From the NCBI GenBank assembly GCA_026026165.1, contig JAPEUD010000011.1, positions 496,001 through 519,905 on the forward strand: DNA of 23,905 nucleotides, written 5' to 3'. The first letter of the stretch is position 1. Every line of letters begins with the position of its first letter. The notes under the pieces were generated by a model. The model was not told where the DNA came from and made no database searches. It worked only from the letters and a program-made list of their open reading frames with translations. The translations under genes and the position numbers were made by a program. The DNA comes from Sarea resinae. Taxonomy: Eukaryota. This document shows, piece after piece, positions 21,542 to 23,905 of the stretch.

Positions 21542-23778
21542 TCAAATTCCTATAGCTGTCCTAAATCAGTATTAGAATGCACTGTTACAAGCACAGTCCT
21601 AGAAGGTACTGCTGCAAAGCTATAAAAAGGCACTGTTACACCTAAAGCTTCCTATAGCTGTGTAAAATCCAAGTTAAACAGCATTGTTACAGAGTAGATT
21701 CTTAACTCAGGTGCAACAACATATATCTGCTATAGAAAGGAACTCTTTAACAACCTTAGACCCTATAACACTACTGTAAAGTAGGGTAACACTAGTAGTT
21801 CTACTATAGCAACACGCATAGAGGATATCAAGCTAATATTTACCCTAACAAATCAAGTTGTAAATATTAGAGATGTCCTATACATCCCTAACTTTAGTGT
21901 AAACCTGCTATCTCTAGAGGCAATTATAAATAAGGGCTCTAAAGTTAACTTCAGCCCTAAAAATGTCCTTATCCTAGATAATAAGGGTAGTGTCACTGCT
22001 AAAGAGACCTATACTAATAAGCTTAGTGTCTTTTAGACTAAGGCTATACCTATAGTGCTAAATAGCACTATAGAGGATAATAGCCTAGATATATAGCATA
22101 AAATGCTAGGATATATAGAGGAAAGCGCTCTAAAAAGGCTAGAGAACAATGTAGAGCTTAGTGTTAAGTCTAAAGACTTAGATATTAAAGACTGCACTAT
22201 TTGCTTAGAGGCTAAATTTACTAGATATGCTAGTGAAACCCTTGTAGAAAAGCCTAAGGAATACCTTAAAATTGTATCTAGTGATATAGAGAGTCCTATA
22301 AAACCCCTAACACTTAGTAGTAATAAACACTATATAACCTTCTTAGACCTAGCTATAAAATACCTTAATATTTACCTTCTAAAACATTAAAGTTAAACCT
22401 TTAGCAAATTCAAAGAATATATTGCTAAAGAGGAAAATCAAAGCCTAAAAAGGCTAAAAAGATTTTACTTAGATAATGCTAAAGTCTATAATAACACTGT
22501 GTTCAAGGAATTTCATGCTGAAAAAGGCATTATAGACTCTTATAATGCACCTTATACCTCTAAACAAAATAGCCTAGCAGAAAGGATTAATAGGACCTTA
22601 CTTAATAAAGTAAGAGCCCTACTAAATCAGGCTAATATCCCTAAAAGATTCTAGAGAGAAGCTATCCTAGCTGCTATATACCTCTATAATAGGACCCCTA
22701 ATAGCTCTATAGGCTATAAAACACTCTATAAGCTAAGGTTTAATAAAAAGCCTAACCTAGATCACATAAAAATCTAGGGTTCTTTAGCCTATAAGAGAGA
22801 GCCTAAAGAACTAATCAAAAAATTAGATAATAGAGCTAAGCCCTATTACCTAATCAACTATAGCTCAAATCAATACAAGCTGCTAGACTCTAAAACAGCT
22901 GAAACAATCTAGGCTAGAGATGTTAGGATTATAGAGAACACATTCTATCATTCTACAGAAGGCTATACCCCTAACCTAGAGGCCCTAGAGGAGCTAGAAA
23001 AGGATACATCTGATCTAGAGGATAAAAGTCCTATAGGTATTGAAAATTCACCTCCTACACCTGCTGTAACAGTATAGGAAGAACCTGTAACAGTAGAAGA
23101 TTAAAGTTCTATAAGTGATGACAATTCAGTCACACCTGACATAATAGACACTGATAGTGAATCTGATATAGATAAGCTAAGCAGTGAATATTATGCAAAT
23201 ATAGCTAGCACCCCTAAGCAGCAACAGCACTATGCAAACTTCATGCAAAATTTCATAGTTTGTAACAGTCTGCATACAAGGGGGAATCACACTGTTACAG
23301 ACACCTATAGAAGTCCTATAGATGTGTCTGATCCTAAGAGCTATAGGGAAGCTCTAAAGTCACCCTATAAAGAGGAGTGGCTAAAATCAATGCAGAAAGA
23401 GCTTACTAAGCTAAAAGAGCTAGGAGTTCTAAAGCTAGTCCCTAGACCTAAAAATGCCAATATAATCAATAGCAGGTAGGTCTATAAAACAAAGCTAAAC
23501 CCTAATAATACAATTAACAAAAGGAAATCTAGGTGGGTTGCTAGAGGCTTCCTACAAAAGCAAGGGGTTGACTATACAGAGACTTTTGCACACACTAGCA
23601 ATCCTACAGCTATAAAACTACTACTAGTCATAGCTGCTAAACTAGATCTAGAAATATATTAGTAGGATATAGCTTCTGCATTTCCTAATGCTAATCTAGA
23701 TAATCCTATCTATATAGAGCAGCTAGAGGGTTTTATAGAAGAAAAAGGCAAAGTCTATCTTCTAAATAAAGCCTTATA
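21542..23778 (+). pseudogene. pol: Copia pol (protease, GAG-pre-integrase/integrase, RT N-terminal part)
   Basis: *ILNSGATTYIC (WILDSGATTHIC) at 21695. I*HKMLGYI...CTICLEAK (HHCC). SDIESP, LDNAKVY and QNSLAERINRTL (DDE). RT: PKSYREAL, *VYKTK, KSRWVARGFLQKQGVDYTETFA, *DIASAFPNA, KALY. Includes ORF-track 22103..22390 and 23243..23479. Confidence 0.95.
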
Positions 23779-23905
23779 TGTTAGAAGGTAGCACAAAGAT
23801 ATAAGTAGAGGAAGGTGCTAAAGAAGTGTAGTAAGAATGATTGTGTATTGTGAACTTAGAGATTCTAGCTATAGAGGTGTAAGGCAGTCAATATATAGAC
23901 TTGAC
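23779..23905 (-). repeat. LTR end of a younger same-family copia copy inserted antisense into RT
   Basis: Begins TGTTAGAAGGTAGCACAAAGATATAAGTAGAG, the exact reverse complement of the LTR end at 21532. It interrupts the KALY codons. Confidence 0.92.

Larger units (their letters stand above)
20998..23778 (+). mobile_element. Ty1/copia LTR retrotransposon, gag-deleted, RIP-mutated, interrupted within RT
   Basis: LTR followed by protease, integrase and RT in copia order. Confidence 0.92.

Noticed and set aside
8847..23479. The four ORF-track ORFs as standalone genes
   Set aside because: Each is a stop-free fragment of a larger pseudogene (gypsy protease, hAT cargo gene, copia integrase, copia RT).
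1..23905. Alternative genetic code or organellar DNA explaining the many stops
   Set aside because: The stops replace several different amino acids, always by transitions, which fits RIP.

Overview
AT-rich, heavily RIP-mutated (repeat-induced point mutation: C>T/G>A transitions, TpA-rich) transposon cluster typical of a filamentous ascomycete. No intact host gene is present; all coding regions are pseudogenised and were read by manual translation through the stops. Left to right: (1) a ~12 kb Ty3/gypsy LTR retrotransposon on the minus strand (LTRs at <1-367 and ~11480-11897) with gag-protease, a -1 frameshift site, RT-RNaseH-integrase and an extra ~3.5 kb ORF containing a 2OG-Fe(II) dioxygenase-like domain; (2) a putative large hAT DNA element (<=11898 to ~18455) with a 5-intron transposase, a second intron-containing gene, a palindrome array inside an inverted repeat, a recurring GTAAY-N8-GTAAY motif, and a divergently oriented gene whose product resembles the histone H3 N-terminal tail and is cut by the gypsy insertion; (3) a poorly resolved RIP'd coding relic (~18.5-20 kb); (4) three nested copies of one Ty1/copia family in alternating orientation, the middle one lacking gag. 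The two main leads are the candidate chromatin-related cargo genes: the H3-tail-like gene and the dioxygenase. 'De-RIP' readings are inferences obtained by reversing transitions.
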